A DNA stretch of 64,000 nt from Alphaproteobacteria bacterium (lineage in GTDB: Bacteria; Pseudomonadota; Alphaproteobacteria; SP197). Where the stretch lies: contig OZ245842.1 in NCBI GenBank assembly GCA_965228895.1, positions 1,120,001 to 1,184,000 of the forward strand. Reading direction: 5' to 3'. Both the position numbers and the translations under genes were made by a program. Each line of letters begins with the position of its first letter. Within the stretch, counting starts at the first letter, position 1. The notes beneath the pieces were generated by a model, which did not search any database, was not told where the DNA came from, and saw nothing but the letters and a program-made list of their open reading frames with translations. Shown piece after piece: positions 25,812 to 37,097 of this stretch.

Positions 25812-27185
25812 TCAATGAAAAAACTCCTTCAAAATCCTCAGCGCATAACGACTCTGAAACCTCGCCTTGCGCAACGCCGGCAGGCTGAACCGCGGTAGGG
25901 GCTGTGTCATGGTCGCCGGGATGGCGGCATTGGAACGTCCGCCGATCAAACCGGCGATGGCGCGGCCCGACCAGGTCGCCATGGCGACGCCGTTGCCGTG
26001 ATAGGCCAGGCTATAGAAAACGCCGGGGTCATCCTTGACTTCGCCCAGATGCGTCATGCGGTCGGCGGTCAGGCAAACAAAGCCGCGCCAGGTGTATTCG
26101 AAATCGACATCGCGCCAGGCCGGAAACATGGTGGCGACGCGACGTTTTAGAAAGGCCGCCCAACGCTGCCCCGAACCGGGCGAACCCGACATGCCGCCGG
26201 CCCCGCCTAAGATCAGGCGCCGGTCGGGCAGGACGCGGAAATAGCTGAACATGGTTCTCGTGTCGTAAAGCGGTTCCTCAGACGACCATTGATGCGCCGC
26301 GAGTTCGTCATCGTTGAGCGGGCGGGTGGCGACGATCTGCGAAATCAGCGGCAGCAGGCATCCATCGAATGCCGGATGAAGCTCGTCGCGGGTAAAGCCG
26401 TTGGTCGCGACCAGGACTTTCGGCGCCGTCACGCTGCCGCCGGGCGTCAGCAATCGGTGTTGGCCGCCTTCGCGCCGCCAGCCGGTCACCGGGCTTCGGC
26501 CATGAATGATGGCGCCGTGACGCTGAGCGAGTCGGGCGAGTTCGCGGGCGTACTTCATCGGATGCAGGCCGAAGCCGAATGGGAACAGCATGGCGCCGTG
26601 GACCGCCGGACCGCGATAGCCGCGTTCGTAGAAGGCGTCGGCCGACAGCAGTTCACAGTCGAAACCGCCCAAGCGCTGCCACTTGGCGACTTCGTCTTCG
26701 AGATCATCGTTGGCGCGCGGCGTATGGGCGATGCAGAACTCACCGTTGCCCTGGCGATCGATCGCAAGCCCTTCGGTTGCCGCGAGGTCACCGACCAGTT
26801 CGATCGACGCGCGCTGAGTGTCGATGTTCTGGCGCGCGATGTCGGCGCCGAACTTGTCGGCGATCTCGCTTGCGCCGAGGCCTGCGCCGCCGAAACAACA
26901 ATGGCCGCCATTACGCCCTGACGCACCCCACCCGGGAACACCGGCTTCCAGAACACGCACCGACATCTGGCTGTCGCGCAGCAGATGATAGGCGGCGGAA
27001 AGCCCGGTATAGCCGCCGCCGATAATCGCGACGTCGCAAACCTCATCGCCGTCGAGCGGATTGCAATCGGTTACGGGATCGCCTGCGCTGGCTTCCCAAT
27101 AGCTGCCCACGGCCGCGTCGCGGTCGTACATGACGTCGTGATACATGGGGACCTCTATCGTGTAGAGCGCGGCGAGGTCCTGCAT
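25812..27185 (-). CDS. FAD-dependent oxidoreductase (PuuB/OrdL-like)
   Basis: SYWEAS, IIGGGYTGLSAA, GWGASGRNGG, YHGNGVA. Confidence 0.9.
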   Translation of the reverse strand: MQDLAALYTIEVPMYHDVMYDRDAAVGSYWEASAGDPVTDCNPLDGDEVCDVAIIGGGYTGLSAAYHLLRDSQMSVRVLEAGVPGWGASGRNGGHCCFGGAGLGASEIADKFGADIARQNIDTQRASIELVGDLAATEGLAIDRQGNGEFCIAHTPRANDDLEDEVAKWQRLGGFDCELLSADAFYERGYRGPAVHGAMLFPFGFGLHPMKYARELARLAQRHGAIIHGRSPVTGWRREGGQHRLLTPGGSVTAPKVLVATNGFTRDELHPAFDGCLLPLISQIVATRPLNDDELAAHQWSSEEPLYDTRTMFSYFRVLPDRRLILGGAGGMSGSPGSGQRWAAFLKRRVATMFPAWRDVDFEYTWRGFVCLTADRMTHLGEVKDDPGVFYSLAYHGNGVAMATWSGRAIAGLIGGRSNAAIPATMTQPLPRFSLPALRKARFQSRYALRILKEFFH

Positions 27186-27225
27186 AACCCATCGTGCAGC
27201 CAGCGGCTACGCGTCAGGCGCGGCC

Positions 27226-27256
27226 AAGAAAAAAGGGGCCGGCGAACCGGCCCCTT
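27226..27256 (-). terminator. Rho-independent terminator
   Basis: AAGGGGCCGG-TTCG-CCGGCCCCTT followed by a U-run on the minus strand. Confidence 0.85.
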
Positions 27257-27300
27257 GAAGTTATGCGTGAACAGGGAGGACGCTCATGAAGAGCTTCCAC
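27226..27300 (-). ncRNA. Candidate suhB/MmgR (alpha-r8)-like small RNA; 5' end uncertain
   Basis: Minus strand ...GTCCTCCCTGTTCACGCATAACTTC, GC hairpin, TTTTTTCTT: an anti-SD CCUCCC motif followed by AACUU and an intrinsic terminator, with no ORF. Confidence 0.55.
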
Positions 27301-27415
27301 AGAACATAAGGATCCCTTGGGGGTGTGCATGTGACTGCCGTCACGTTTCCCGCCATTTGCTGAAAACCGCCCTTTTTCGTCGCTTTGGGCGGTCGAGCCT
27401 TGCTAGCTTTCGGCC

Positions 27416-28321
27416 GTGATGTTTAATCCCCTCGCGTTTCTGAGCTCTGTCGGCCTTGTTTGTGGCAGCGACTCGGTCGCTGAACCCCTGGCCGGCGGTT
27501 ACTGGAACCAGGTGTTTCGCGTCCGTGGCGATGGACGCGACCTCGTCGTTAAGCATTTTGGCGGTTCATCGGTGGAGTCCAGTCTGTTTCCGGTGCTCCC
27601 GGACGACGAGGCGCGAGCACTCGAAGTGCTCGCCGGCCGCGGCGTGGCGCCGGATCCCGTGGGCTACTTTCCGGCCGGCGAGGATCACGGCCCGGTCCTG
27701 GTCTATGCGTTCTTTGCCGGGCAGATGTGGGACGGCGATGTGGCCGAGGCGGCTGACGTGCTGCGGCGCATCCACAGCGTCGACACAGCAGGGTTTCGCC
27801 AAATGCCCGCATCGCCGTCGGCGATTCTGAACGATGCCGACCGCCTGCCCAAACCGCCTGACAATGATGAAGCTTGGCGGCAGTTGGGAGAAATGCGCCC
27901 TATCGTCACGGTCGATGAGCCACCGCCCAAACGTGTTCTGGTCCACGGCGACTTCAGTGCCGGCAACATGATCGCGGGCCCGGACGGCGTGCGGTGCATC
28001 GACTGGCAGTGCCCGGGCATGGGCGATGCTGCGGAAGACCTGTGGAGTTTTCTGTCGCCGGCGTTCCAGCTCCTCTACGACCGCCAGCCCATTGACACCG
28101 TTGCCGTCGCGCGCTTCCGGCAGGCTTATGGCGACGCCGGCGTTCTGGCCAGGCTCGACCTGCTGGGGCCGTATCTATCCTATCGGTTCGCCCATTATTG
28201 CTGCTTCAGGACCCATCAACTGGTTGATGTCGATCCGGCGGGAAGCGAGCGCTACGCGCGCGCAACCGCGGCGGAACTCGACGTTCTCGTCGGCCATCAA
28301 GAGATGTCCAAAAAGACCTAA
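27416..28321 (+). CDS. APH/choline-kinase-like phosphotransferase
   Basis: LAGGYWNQVF, VVK, VHGDFSAGN, IDWQ, GDAAEDL motifs. Confidence 0.88.
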   Translation: MMFNPLAFLSSVGLVCGSDSVAEPLAGGYWNQVFRVRGDGRDLVVKHFGGSSVESSLFPVLPDDEARALEVLAGRGVAPDPVGYFPAGEDHGPVLVYAFFAGQMWDGDVAEAADVLRRIHSVDTAGFRQMPASPSAILNDADRLPKPPDNDEAWRQLGEMRPIVTVDEPPPKRVLVHGDFSAGNMIAGPDGVRCIDWQCPGMGDAAEDLWSFLSPAFQLLYDRQPIDTVAVARFRQAYGDAGVLARLDLLGPYLSYRFAHYCCFRTHQLVDVDPAGSERYARATAAELDVLVGHQEMSKKT

Positions 28322-28848
28322 ACGTCGACTTCTTCGTAGTGAAAGGTCATGCGCAGTTCGCCCGCGGTGTTCGCCACGGTCGCCAGGCAGGCGTGGGCGC
28401 GGCGTTCGGGTACAAAGACGGCGAACCGGGTGATGTAGCGGTCGCCATCGCCGCCCGGCAGCCGTTCTGAGTTCATGCGAACGATATTGGCGCCGAACTG
28501 ACCGAAGACTTCGGACATGCGTGCGATCAGGCCCGGCCGGTCTTCGCCACTGAGTTCGACGCGATGGGTGATATGGCCGCTTTCGGCATGCACCGGTCCA
28601 AGCTCGAAGCCGGTCACCGAAATCTTGCTTTCTTTCATGCCTGGCATGGCCTTCAGCTCACGCTCGATGTCGCTCAGCTTGTGCTGTTCCGGCACGTCGG
28701 CCAGGCAGGTGAACTCCGCCATTTCGCCCAGAACCGCAAAGGTCGTGTCGCCAAGGTTGACCTCCAGGTCGAACAGGCGGCCGGCGACATCGGCGATCAT
28801 GCCCTGCCGATCAGGGCCGATAACGGAAATCAAAGCGTTTTTTGCCAT
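28318..28848 (-). CDS. Double ACT-domain protein (GcvR-like)
   Basis: ISVIGPDRQGMIA and LSGEDRPGLIA ACT signatures. Confidence 0.85.
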   Translation of the reverse strand: MAKNALISVIGPDRQGMIADVAGRLFDLEVNLGDTTFAVLGEMAEFTCLADVPEQHKLSDIERELKAMPGMKESKISVTGFELGPVHAESGHITHRVELSGEDRPGLIARMSEVFGQFGANIVRMNSERLPGGDGDRYITRFAVFVPERRAHACLATVANTAGELRMTFHYEEVDV

Positions 28849-28919
28849 GGTGTCTCGCTGATTTTGTGCTCGCCCACACAATGCGGCAAAGCCGGGGGCA
28901 AATGAAGCCCCATGCGACG

Positions 28920-30371
<1,452 letters not shown>

Positions 30372-30543
30372 GCGGCCGGGAACCTAAAAGACCGCACACA
30401 GGTTTGTGAAGCCCGCGCCCCGGTTTTGCCACGAACCGAACTTAAATCGAGCGGGAAGGTGGCGCGACCTATGGACGTGCCCAAATTCATACCCGGTACG
30501 CCATCCACCGCGATGCCGGGTCAAACAAGATCTTGGAGGAAAC

Positions 30544-31941
30544 ATGCGCGTACGTTCAGCCTTTCTGACGGCGCTGGTCATCGTGTTTGGCGTAACCGGT
30601 GCCACGGTTGTCCGAGCCGATTCAGTCCTACCGTTTACCAATGCCGAAGGCGAGCCGACCCTGGCGCCGATCATCAAAGAGATCGGCCCGGCCGTCGTCA
30701 ACATTGCAACCGAGGGCACGGTCAAAGGCGGTGCCGAAAATCCACTGCTTGATGATCCATTCTTTGAACAGTTCCTGCCCAACGCGCCGCAAGGCGAGCA
30801 GCAGGGTCGACCGGCGAACAGCGTCGGGTCCGGCGTCATCGTCGATGCCGACAAGGGCTACATCATCACCAACCATCACGTCATTCAGCATGCCGACAAG
30901 ATCTATGTCACGCTGACCGACCGCCGCCAGCTCGAAGCCGAGCTTGTCGGTTCCGATCCCGAGACGGACATTGCCGTGCTCAAGGTCGAGCCGATGGCAT
31001 TGACCAACCTTGAAATCGGCGACTCCGACCGGCTTGAAGTCGGCGACTTCGTCGTTGCGATCGGCAACCCGTTTGGCCTGGGTCAGACCGTGACCATGGG
31101 TATCGTCAGCGCGGTCGGGCGTAGCGGACTGGGCATCGAAGGCTACGAGGACTTCATCCAGACCGACGCATCGATCAACCCCGGTAACTCCGGCGGCGCG
31201 CTGGTGACGCTTTCCGGTCAGGTTATCGGTATCAACACCGCGATCTTGGGCAGCTCGGGCAATATCGGTATCGGCTTTGCCATTCCGATCAACATGGCCA
31301 CCAACATCATGGACCAGATCATCGAACACGGTTCGGTGCAGCGCGGTCTTTTGGGTGTGAACATCCAGGACCTGACGCCTGATCTGGCCGGTGCTCTCGG
31401 TGTCGACGCCAACGGCGGTGCGCTGGTCGCGCGCGTCTTCCCCGAGTCCGCGGCTGCGGCTGCCGGTGTTGTCGAAGGCGACGTGATCACCCAGGTCAAC
31501 GGCGACGATGTTGCCGACGCCAGCGACCTGCGCAACGCGATCGGCCTGATGCGGGTTGGCGAGACAGCCGATCTGACGATCCTGCGTGACGGCAAGGAAG
31601 TCGATATCTCCGCTGTCATCAAGCCGCGTGCCGAAGCCGAGGTGGCCTCGATCGAGGCGCCGGCTGAGGTTGCCGAGGGTCCGTCTCTGGCAGGCGCGAC
31701 GTTTGGCCCGATCGATCCGATGCTGGGTTATCCCGACGATGTCGTCGGTGTCCAGGTCCTGTCGGTCGAACCCAACAGCGATGCTTTTCGCGCCGGCCTG
31801 CGCGAGGGCGATGTGGTGACCGAGATCAACCGCAAACCGGTTGCCGATATCAAGGAACTGATGGCCCAAGCCGACGAGGCCGGCGAGGAACTCCTGCTGC
31901 ATGTGCGTCGCGGCGAGGCGGCCTTCTACGTCCTCATCTAG
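30544..31941 (+). CDS. DegP/DegQ (HtrA) serine endoprotease with two PDZ domains
   Basis: RBS GGAGGA; signal peptide; TNHHV, DIAV, INPGNSGG catalytic triad motifs. Confidence 0.95.
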   Translation: MRVRSAFLTALVIVFGVTGATVVRADSVLPFTNAEGEPTLAPIIKEIGPAVVNIATEGTVKGGAENPLLDDPFFEQFLPNAPQGEQQGRPANSVGSGVIVDADKGYIITNHHVIQHADKIYVTLTDRRQLEAELVGSDPETDIAVLKVEPMALTNLEIGDSDRLEVGDFVVAIGNPFGLGQTVTMGIVSAVGRSGLGIEGYEDFIQTDASINPGNSGGALVTLSGQVIGINTAILGSSGNIGIGFAIPINMATNIMDQIIEHGSVQRGLLGVNIQDLTPDLAGALGVDANGGALVARVFPESAAAAAGVVEGDVITQVNGDDVADASDLRNAIGLMRVGETADLTILRDGKEVDISAVIKPRAEAEVASIEAPAEVAEGPSLAGATFGPIDPMLGYPDDVVGVQVLSVEPNSDAFRAGLREGDVVTEINRKPVADIKELMAQADEAGEELLLHVRRGEAAFYVLI

Positions 31942-31993
31942 TTTCCGGGGGAAGAAGCCCGGCGTTCACTGGGACACCTCATGTAACCCTTGG

Positions 31994-32026
31994 CGGGCGG
32001 GGTCGGTATCGACCCCGCCCGTTTTG
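31994..32026 (+). terminator. Rho-independent terminator after the HtrA gene
   Basis: 12-bp perfect stem CGGGCGGGGTCG-GTAT-CGACCCCGCCCG followed by TTTTG. Confidence 0.85.
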
Positions 32027-32122
32027 TTACGTCCATTCACGATTGATTTGATGGTGCTCTCAACGCTGTGTCGCATAACATTCGCGCCGGGCCGCAGGAT
32101 CAATCGGACAAAGGACAGGCTT

Positions 32123-32776
32123 ATGATCTCGGCGATCAAACACGCGGTGTCGCGCATGGTAAGGATCTGTCTGCTGGGATCCTTTGCAGCCGTATCCTTG
32201 GCCTTTGCTCCAGCACACGCCGAATCGATGTTTGTCCGCATACCCACCCAGTACATCGCGGCGTTGGGCGATTCATCGGCCACATCGGGCTTGGATGCGG
32301 GAACGTGGGGGCTTTGGCCCGTGGATCCGGGTCCCCGCGGGGTCTGGACCAGGGACTATGACGACCTGATCGCCAATGCCGGCATCGCACCAAGCGGCTG
32401 GCAGTTCAACAGTTCCGCATGGTGGCTGGAAGAGAATGGGCTGATTATGGAAGCGCCAACCTTTCCGCTACCGGCTGGCCAGTATGTCGTGACGGGCGGA
32501 CGCGAAGTGACGTCGATCCTGACCGTGGAGCCTGCCGATGCGACGGGTACGCAAGCCTGGAGCCTGGCCGATGGCGCGACAATCTATGACGTGACCCATC
32601 TGCGCTGCCGCGCCGCTCTTTACACGGCGCAAAGTGACAGCCAACCCTGCACGCCCGACAAAACACCGACGGGTGTCTTCCCCATGAGTCCAGGCGTTTC
32701 CATGCCCATGGTAGAAGGCTGCAGCAAGCGCGACTATCAGGTCCTCATTGTCGTGGGGATGGTCATCGAAGGGTGA
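32123..32776 (+). CDS. Exported hypothetical protein
   Basis: RBS AAGGA; signal peptide ending AHA; Trp-rich segments (WGLWPVDPGPRGVW, WWLEENG). Confidence 0.75.
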   Translation: MISAIKHAVSRMVRICLLGSFAAVSLAFAPAHAESMFVRIPTQYIAALGDSSATSGLDAGTWGLWPVDPGPRGVWTRDYDDLIANAGIAPSGWQFNSSAWWLEENGLIMEAPTFPLPAGQYVVTGGREVTSILTVEPADATGTQAWSLADGATIYDVTHLRCRAALYTAQSDSQPCTPDKTPTGVFPMSPGVSMPMVEGCSKRDYQVLIVVGMVIEG

Positions 32777-32888
32777 GATGATCAGGCTGAGGTCGCTTGC
32801 CAGGTTTTCCTTTGCAACCACACTGAACGATCCGGCACCAGACGGAGGCTCGCGCGGGCTCGGGTCTGCTAGAACTCTAGCCGACTCA

Positions 32889-32973
32889 GGGTGAGGGGAT
32901 GGGTCGCACCAACTGGATAGCTTCCCGTTGCGCGCGACCCCTCACTCAGGCCCACCCTTCTCGAACGGGAGGG
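32889..32973. repeat. Degenerate intergenic palindromic (REP-like) element
   Basis: Nested inverted repeats GGGTGAGGGG/CCCCTCACTC and GGGTCGC/GCGACCC, plus hairpin CCCTTCTCG-AA-CGGGAGGG, between convergent genes. Confidence 0.45.
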
Positions 32974-32980
32974 CGACTGG

Positions 32981-35008
32981 TTATGCCGCTTCCAACTGAC
33001 CCTTGCGGTCTTCGACAACCTGGTCGGCGACGCGCCCCGAAAGCTCCTGCAGATGGTCGTAAGATGCGGTGTAGGACGCGACACCCTGGCTCAGCGAGCG
33101 AAGCTCGGCGACCAGGTCCTGGATTTCCGACTGCGGCATATGGGCGGTCACGGTGTCCCAGCCCTTCCAACCGTCGCGCACCTCATAGCCCAAAAGCTGA
33201 CCACGCCGACCGGTCACCAATTGCTGCACCTTCGAGGTCGCCGTGTTGGGTGCGTGGATATGCACCTCCATGATCGGCTCCAGCAGGATCGGGTTGCAGT
33301 TCGGCATGCCCTCGCTCATCGCCGAGCGGGCGGCGAGCTTGAACGCCATCTCGTTGGAATCGACGTCGTGATACTTGCCGTCAAACAATTCGACGGAGAC
33401 ATCGACCACCGGGAAACCGAGCGGGCCGCGTTCCAGATACTCTTTCACACCGGCTTCGACAGCCGGGATGTACTGGCGAGGCACCGAGCCACCGGAGATC
33501 GAGTTGATGAACTCGAACCCGGTGCCGCGTGCCATCGGCTTGATGTTGACGTGGACGTCACCGAACATGCCGCTGCCGCCGGTCTGGCGTTTGAAGCGGC
33601 CATGCTGGGTTATCGGTTTGCGGATCGCCTCGCGATAAGGCACGCGCGGTCGTTCCGCACTGACCGCGACGCCATAACGTTCGCGCAGCTTTTCAAAAGC
33701 GACATTCAGATGCATGTCGCCCTGGCCCCACATGACGAGCTGGTTGATGTCGCTGTCCTGCTCGGCGATCAGGGAGGGATCCTCGTCCTGGATCTTTTGC
33801 AGCGCGGCCGACAGCTTGACCTCGTCGTCGCGCCGTTCGGCATGGATTGCCAGACCATAAAGGCGCGGCAGTTCCTCGGCGCGCGCGATTTCGTCGGCGG
33901 ACGAGGGGGCGGACCCGCCTATCAGCAGCGTGTCGCCGGTGCGCGCTTCATCAAGGCGGCCAAAGGCGACGATGTCGCCGGCCTCGGCCTTGTCGATCTT
34001 GTCCTGGTTGGCGCCCATCATGTGATACATGCCGCCGATACGCTCACCATTGACGGTTTCGCCATCCTTGATCGTGCCGGCCCAAACACGCGCGAGAGAG
34101 AGCTTGCCGCCGTGCGGTGTGTGGAAGGTCTTGAGCACCTGCGCTGACGGTTTTGTTTTTTCGATGCCGCGATGCTCCACGGTCGTGGACGCGTCCGGTG
34201 TCCACTCCGCGAGATGTTGCAACAGACGGCGCACGCCGTTCTCCTGTTCGGCGGCACCGATCAGGACCGGAACAAGGTTGCCGTCGCCCAAGGTGTCGTG
34301 CAGGTCGTTGATGATCTCTTCGACCGAGGGGACTTCGTCCTCCAGCAGCTTCTCCAGAAGCGTGTCGTCGAAGTCGGCCAGGGTCTCCAGCATCATGGTG
34401 CGCGCTTCCTGCTCGCGCTCCTTGACGGAGTCCGGCATCTCGGTTTCTTCCGAGGCGGCTCCTTCTTTGTAGTGATAGGTCTGCTCTGTCACCAGGTCGA
34501 CATAACCCGTGACATCCTCACCTTCGCGCACGGGGACCTGGTTGATCAGCAGGGGTTTGTCGGAGACTTCCTGCATTGCCGGGATCAGATCGCGCATCAA
34601 CGTGCTGGTGCGATCCATCTTGTTGATGAAGACGATATGCGGGATGTCGTTGTCGCTGAGAAAGCGGAAGATCGGAGCGAGTGTCGTGGCCCGCTCGATG
34701 ACCGGTTCGTAGACGACGACGGCGGCGTCGCAGCCGATCAGCGCGTTGCGCGCTTCGGCCTGGAACTCGATCGATCCGGGGCAGTCGAGAAAGTTGAACG
34801 TGACGTCGTCGAACGTGGCGCGCGCGGCGCTGACTTCTGTGCTCATCTGGCGCGCGCGGGCTTCCGGCGCGCTATCGCCGACCGAATTGCCGTCCTTGAC
34901 CGTGCCCTTGCGTCCGATCGCTCCGCTGACAAAGAGCATGCTTTCCAAAAGCGTGGTCTTGCCACTCAATGAGGGGCCGACAATAGCGACATTTCTAACG
35001 TCAGACAT
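32981..35008 (-). CDS. Elongation factor G-like protein (EF-G2 paralog)
   Basis: RBS GGGAGG then MSDVRNVAIVGPSLSGKTTL; DCPG, NKMD; EF-G domain III-V motifs (GQGDMHL, KRQTGG, HDVDSNEMAF, LLEPIM). Confidence 0.93.
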   Translation of the reverse strand: MSDVRNVAIVGPSLSGKTTLLESMLFVSGAIGRKGTVKDGNSVGDSAPEARARQMSTEVSAARATFDDVTFNFLDCPGSIEFQAEARNALIGCDAAVVVYEPVIERATTLAPIFRFLSDNDIPHIVFINKMDRTSTLMRDLIPAMQEVSDKPLLINQVPVREGEDVTGYVDLVTEQTYHYKEGAASEETEMPDSVKEREQEARTMMLETLADFDDTLLEKLLEDEVPSVEEIINDLHDTLGDGNLVPVLIGAAEQENGVRRLLQHLAEWTPDASTTVEHRGIEKTKPSAQVLKTFHTPHGGKLSLARVWAGTIKDGETVNGERIGGMYHMMGANQDKIDKAEAGDIVAFGRLDEARTGDTLLIGGSAPSSADEIARAEELPRLYGLAIHAERRDDEVKLSAALQKIQDEDPSLIAEQDSDINQLVMWGQGDMHLNVAFEKLRERYGVAVSAERPRVPYREAIRKPITQHGRFKRQTGGSGMFGDVHVNIKPMARGTGFEFINSISGGSVPRQYIPAVEAGVKEYLERGPLGFPVVDVSVELFDGKYHDVDSNEMAFKLAARSAMSEGMPNCNPILLEPIMEVHIHAPNTATSKVQQLVTGRRGQLLGYEVRDGWKGWDTVTAHMPQSEIQDLVAELRSLSQGVASYTASYDHLQELSGRVADQVVEDRKGQLEAA

Positions 35009-35151
35009 GGAACCTCCCTGCATCTCGTTTGTACCTGCCCCGTCCTCTATGGCGGGACTTTCCAACTGGCGGACGATAGTCTGCGGCAAACTCTTAGCCA
35101 TGGCGAGTCCTGTACGAGCCGTTTCATGCCCTCTGCTTCTTGCCCCCGACG

Positions 35152-35871
35152 ATGATTGAAAGACCCTCGCCCAATCACGGCCCGCGGCCGGCCGGAACGG
35201 CCATTTCCATGCTCGTCCTGCACTATACCGGCATGACGTCCGCGGAGGCGGCGCTTGAGCGGCTGACGGCACCGGAGGCCGGGGTCAGCGCCCATTATCT
35301 GATTGACCGGGAAGGGGACGTTTACCGGCTGGTGCCCGAGACGGAGCGCGCCTGGCATGCCGGCGTCGCCTCTTGGCGTGGGATTTCAGACGTGAACAGC
35401 GCCTCGATCGGCGTCGAGCTGGAAAACAAAGGCCATGAGTTCGGCCCGGAGCCCTATTCAGACACCCAAATGGCGGCGCTCCTGACGCTGGCCGGCGACA
35501 TTGCGGCGCGCCACGCTATCGCAGCGCGGAACGTGGTCGGCCACAGCGATGTCGCGCCATCGCGCAAAGAGGATCCGGGCGAATGGTTCGATTGGGCCGG
35601 TCTGGCAGCGGCTGGGATCGGGCTCTGGCCCACGCCGCGGCCGTCGCGCGGGCGCGTGCTGGCAGCGGGCGATCAGGGCGAGGATGTCGAGCGGTTCCAG
35701 GCCGCCTTGGCGACCTATGGCTATGGACTGGTCGCCGATGGGCGTTTCGGCCCGGTCACCCGGGACACGGTGGCGGCGTTCCAACGCCACTTTCGGCCCC
35801 GAACCGTCGATGGCGTCGCCGATTTGGAGACATTGGACCGCCTGACCGGCCTGCTCGCGATGCTGGATTGA
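35152..35871 (+). CDS. N-acetylmuramoyl-L-alanine amidase (AmpD/AmiD type) with PG-binding domain
   Basis: LVLHYT, VSAHY, AWHAG, SIGVELEN, GHSDVAPSRKEDPG, AFQRHFRP. Confidence 0.95.
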   Translation: MIERPSPNHGPRPAGTAISMLVLHYTGMTSAEAALERLTAPEAGVSAHYLIDREGDVYRLVPETERAWHAGVASWRGISDVNSASIGVELENKGHEFGPEPYSDTQMAALLTLAGDIAARHAIAARNVVGHSDVAPSRKEDPGEWFDWAGLAAAGIGLWPTPRPSRGRVLAAGDQGEDVERFQAALATYGYGLVADGRFGPVTRDTVAAFQRHFRPRTVDGVADLETLDRLTGLLAMLD

Positions 35872-35907
35872 CCCGCCCGGCCCGGATGACTACGTAGAAA
35901 GCCGGTC

Positions 35908-36302
<395 letters not shown>

Positions 36303-36360
36303 AACCGTTTCTGTTTGCGATAACTGGCAGCCAGAATAATCAATACACAGTTAAGTAACG

Positions 36361-36375
36361 GAACAAAAAAGGAAC
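36361..36375. promoter_or_regulatory. Alphaproteobacterial LexA (SOS) box candidate
   Basis: GAAC-AAAAAAG-GAAC matches GAAC-N7-GAAC exactly, with an AT-rich spacer. Confidence 0.55.
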
Positions 36376-36512
36376 ATACTAGACATCTACATGTAGTGTC
36401 TGCATAATGTCAGACTACGAGACCTTGATCGTAGGAACGAGCATCGGATGCAGCACGGCAATCAAACGAAAGAGAAAGCACCGCTAGCCCAGGGATTTAC
36501 TTGGTAATGGCA

Positions 36513-36552
36513 TTGACGCCCATGTAGTCCCATGATATCCCATGCTGTCCCA
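36513..36552 (+). promoter_or_regulatory. mraZ/dcw promoter with MraZ-box direct repeats
   Basis: TTGACG-N17-TATCCC overlapped by four (G/T)CCCA repeats at an exact 10-bp period (36518, 36528, 36538, 36548), i.e. TGGG[AC] on the minus strand. Confidence 0.75.
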
Positions 36553-36623
36553 ACGGTTAAGTGGTGTCGGCATGCGCAGCCAATACCTCACCGCCGGGAC
36601 ACGGCGGGCAAGGGGATGGCGAC

Positions 36624-37097
36624 GTGCCAATATTCGTCGGGACACACATCAACAAGATCGATCGCAAGGGACGGGTCTCTGTGCCCGCGCCCTTTCGTGC
36701 GGTCCTGGCGACCCAGAACCAGCCTGGCATCTACATCATGCGCTCAATCCGCCGGGTTCAGGCGCTTGAGGCGTTCGCCCCCGATGCCTTCACCGACCTC
36801 GCCAACAGTATTTCCAACCCCTTTGCCGCCAAGCATGAAGACGTCACCAGCGCCATTTTTGGCGCCGCGATTCACTTACCCTGCGATAGCGAAGGCCGGA
36901 TGGGCATCCCCGACCATCTGCGTGACTTCGCCGGTATTGTTGATCAGGCGTGTTTTATTGGTCGTGGTCCGTTCTTCCAGATCTGGGAGCCCGAAGCGGG
37001 CATGCGATTCCAGGAAGAGGCGTTCCAGCGGGTCTCCGACAACCCCGAAGACGTCGAACTCGCCTTCGCCAGCAAGCTGGGAGGCGGCGATGGCTGA
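36624..37097 (+). CDS. mraZ: Division/cell wall cluster repressor MraZ
   Basis: FVGTHINKIDRKGRVSVPAPFR and DSEGR...FQIWEP; GTG start at 36624. Confidence 0.95.
   Translation: MPIFVGTHINKIDRKGRVSVPAPFRAVLATQNQPGIYIMRSIRRVQALEAFAPDAFTDLANSISNPFAAKHEDVTSAIFGAAIHLPCDSEGRMGIPDHLRDFAGIVDQACFIGRGPFFQIWEPEAGMRFQEEAFQRVSDNPEDVELAFASKLGGGDG

Noticed and set aside
36407-36487. 26-aa ORF (MSDYETLIVG...) as a SidA-like SOS division inhibitor
   Set aside because: No RBS, its ATG overlaps the predicted -10 box, and it has no convincing TM segment.
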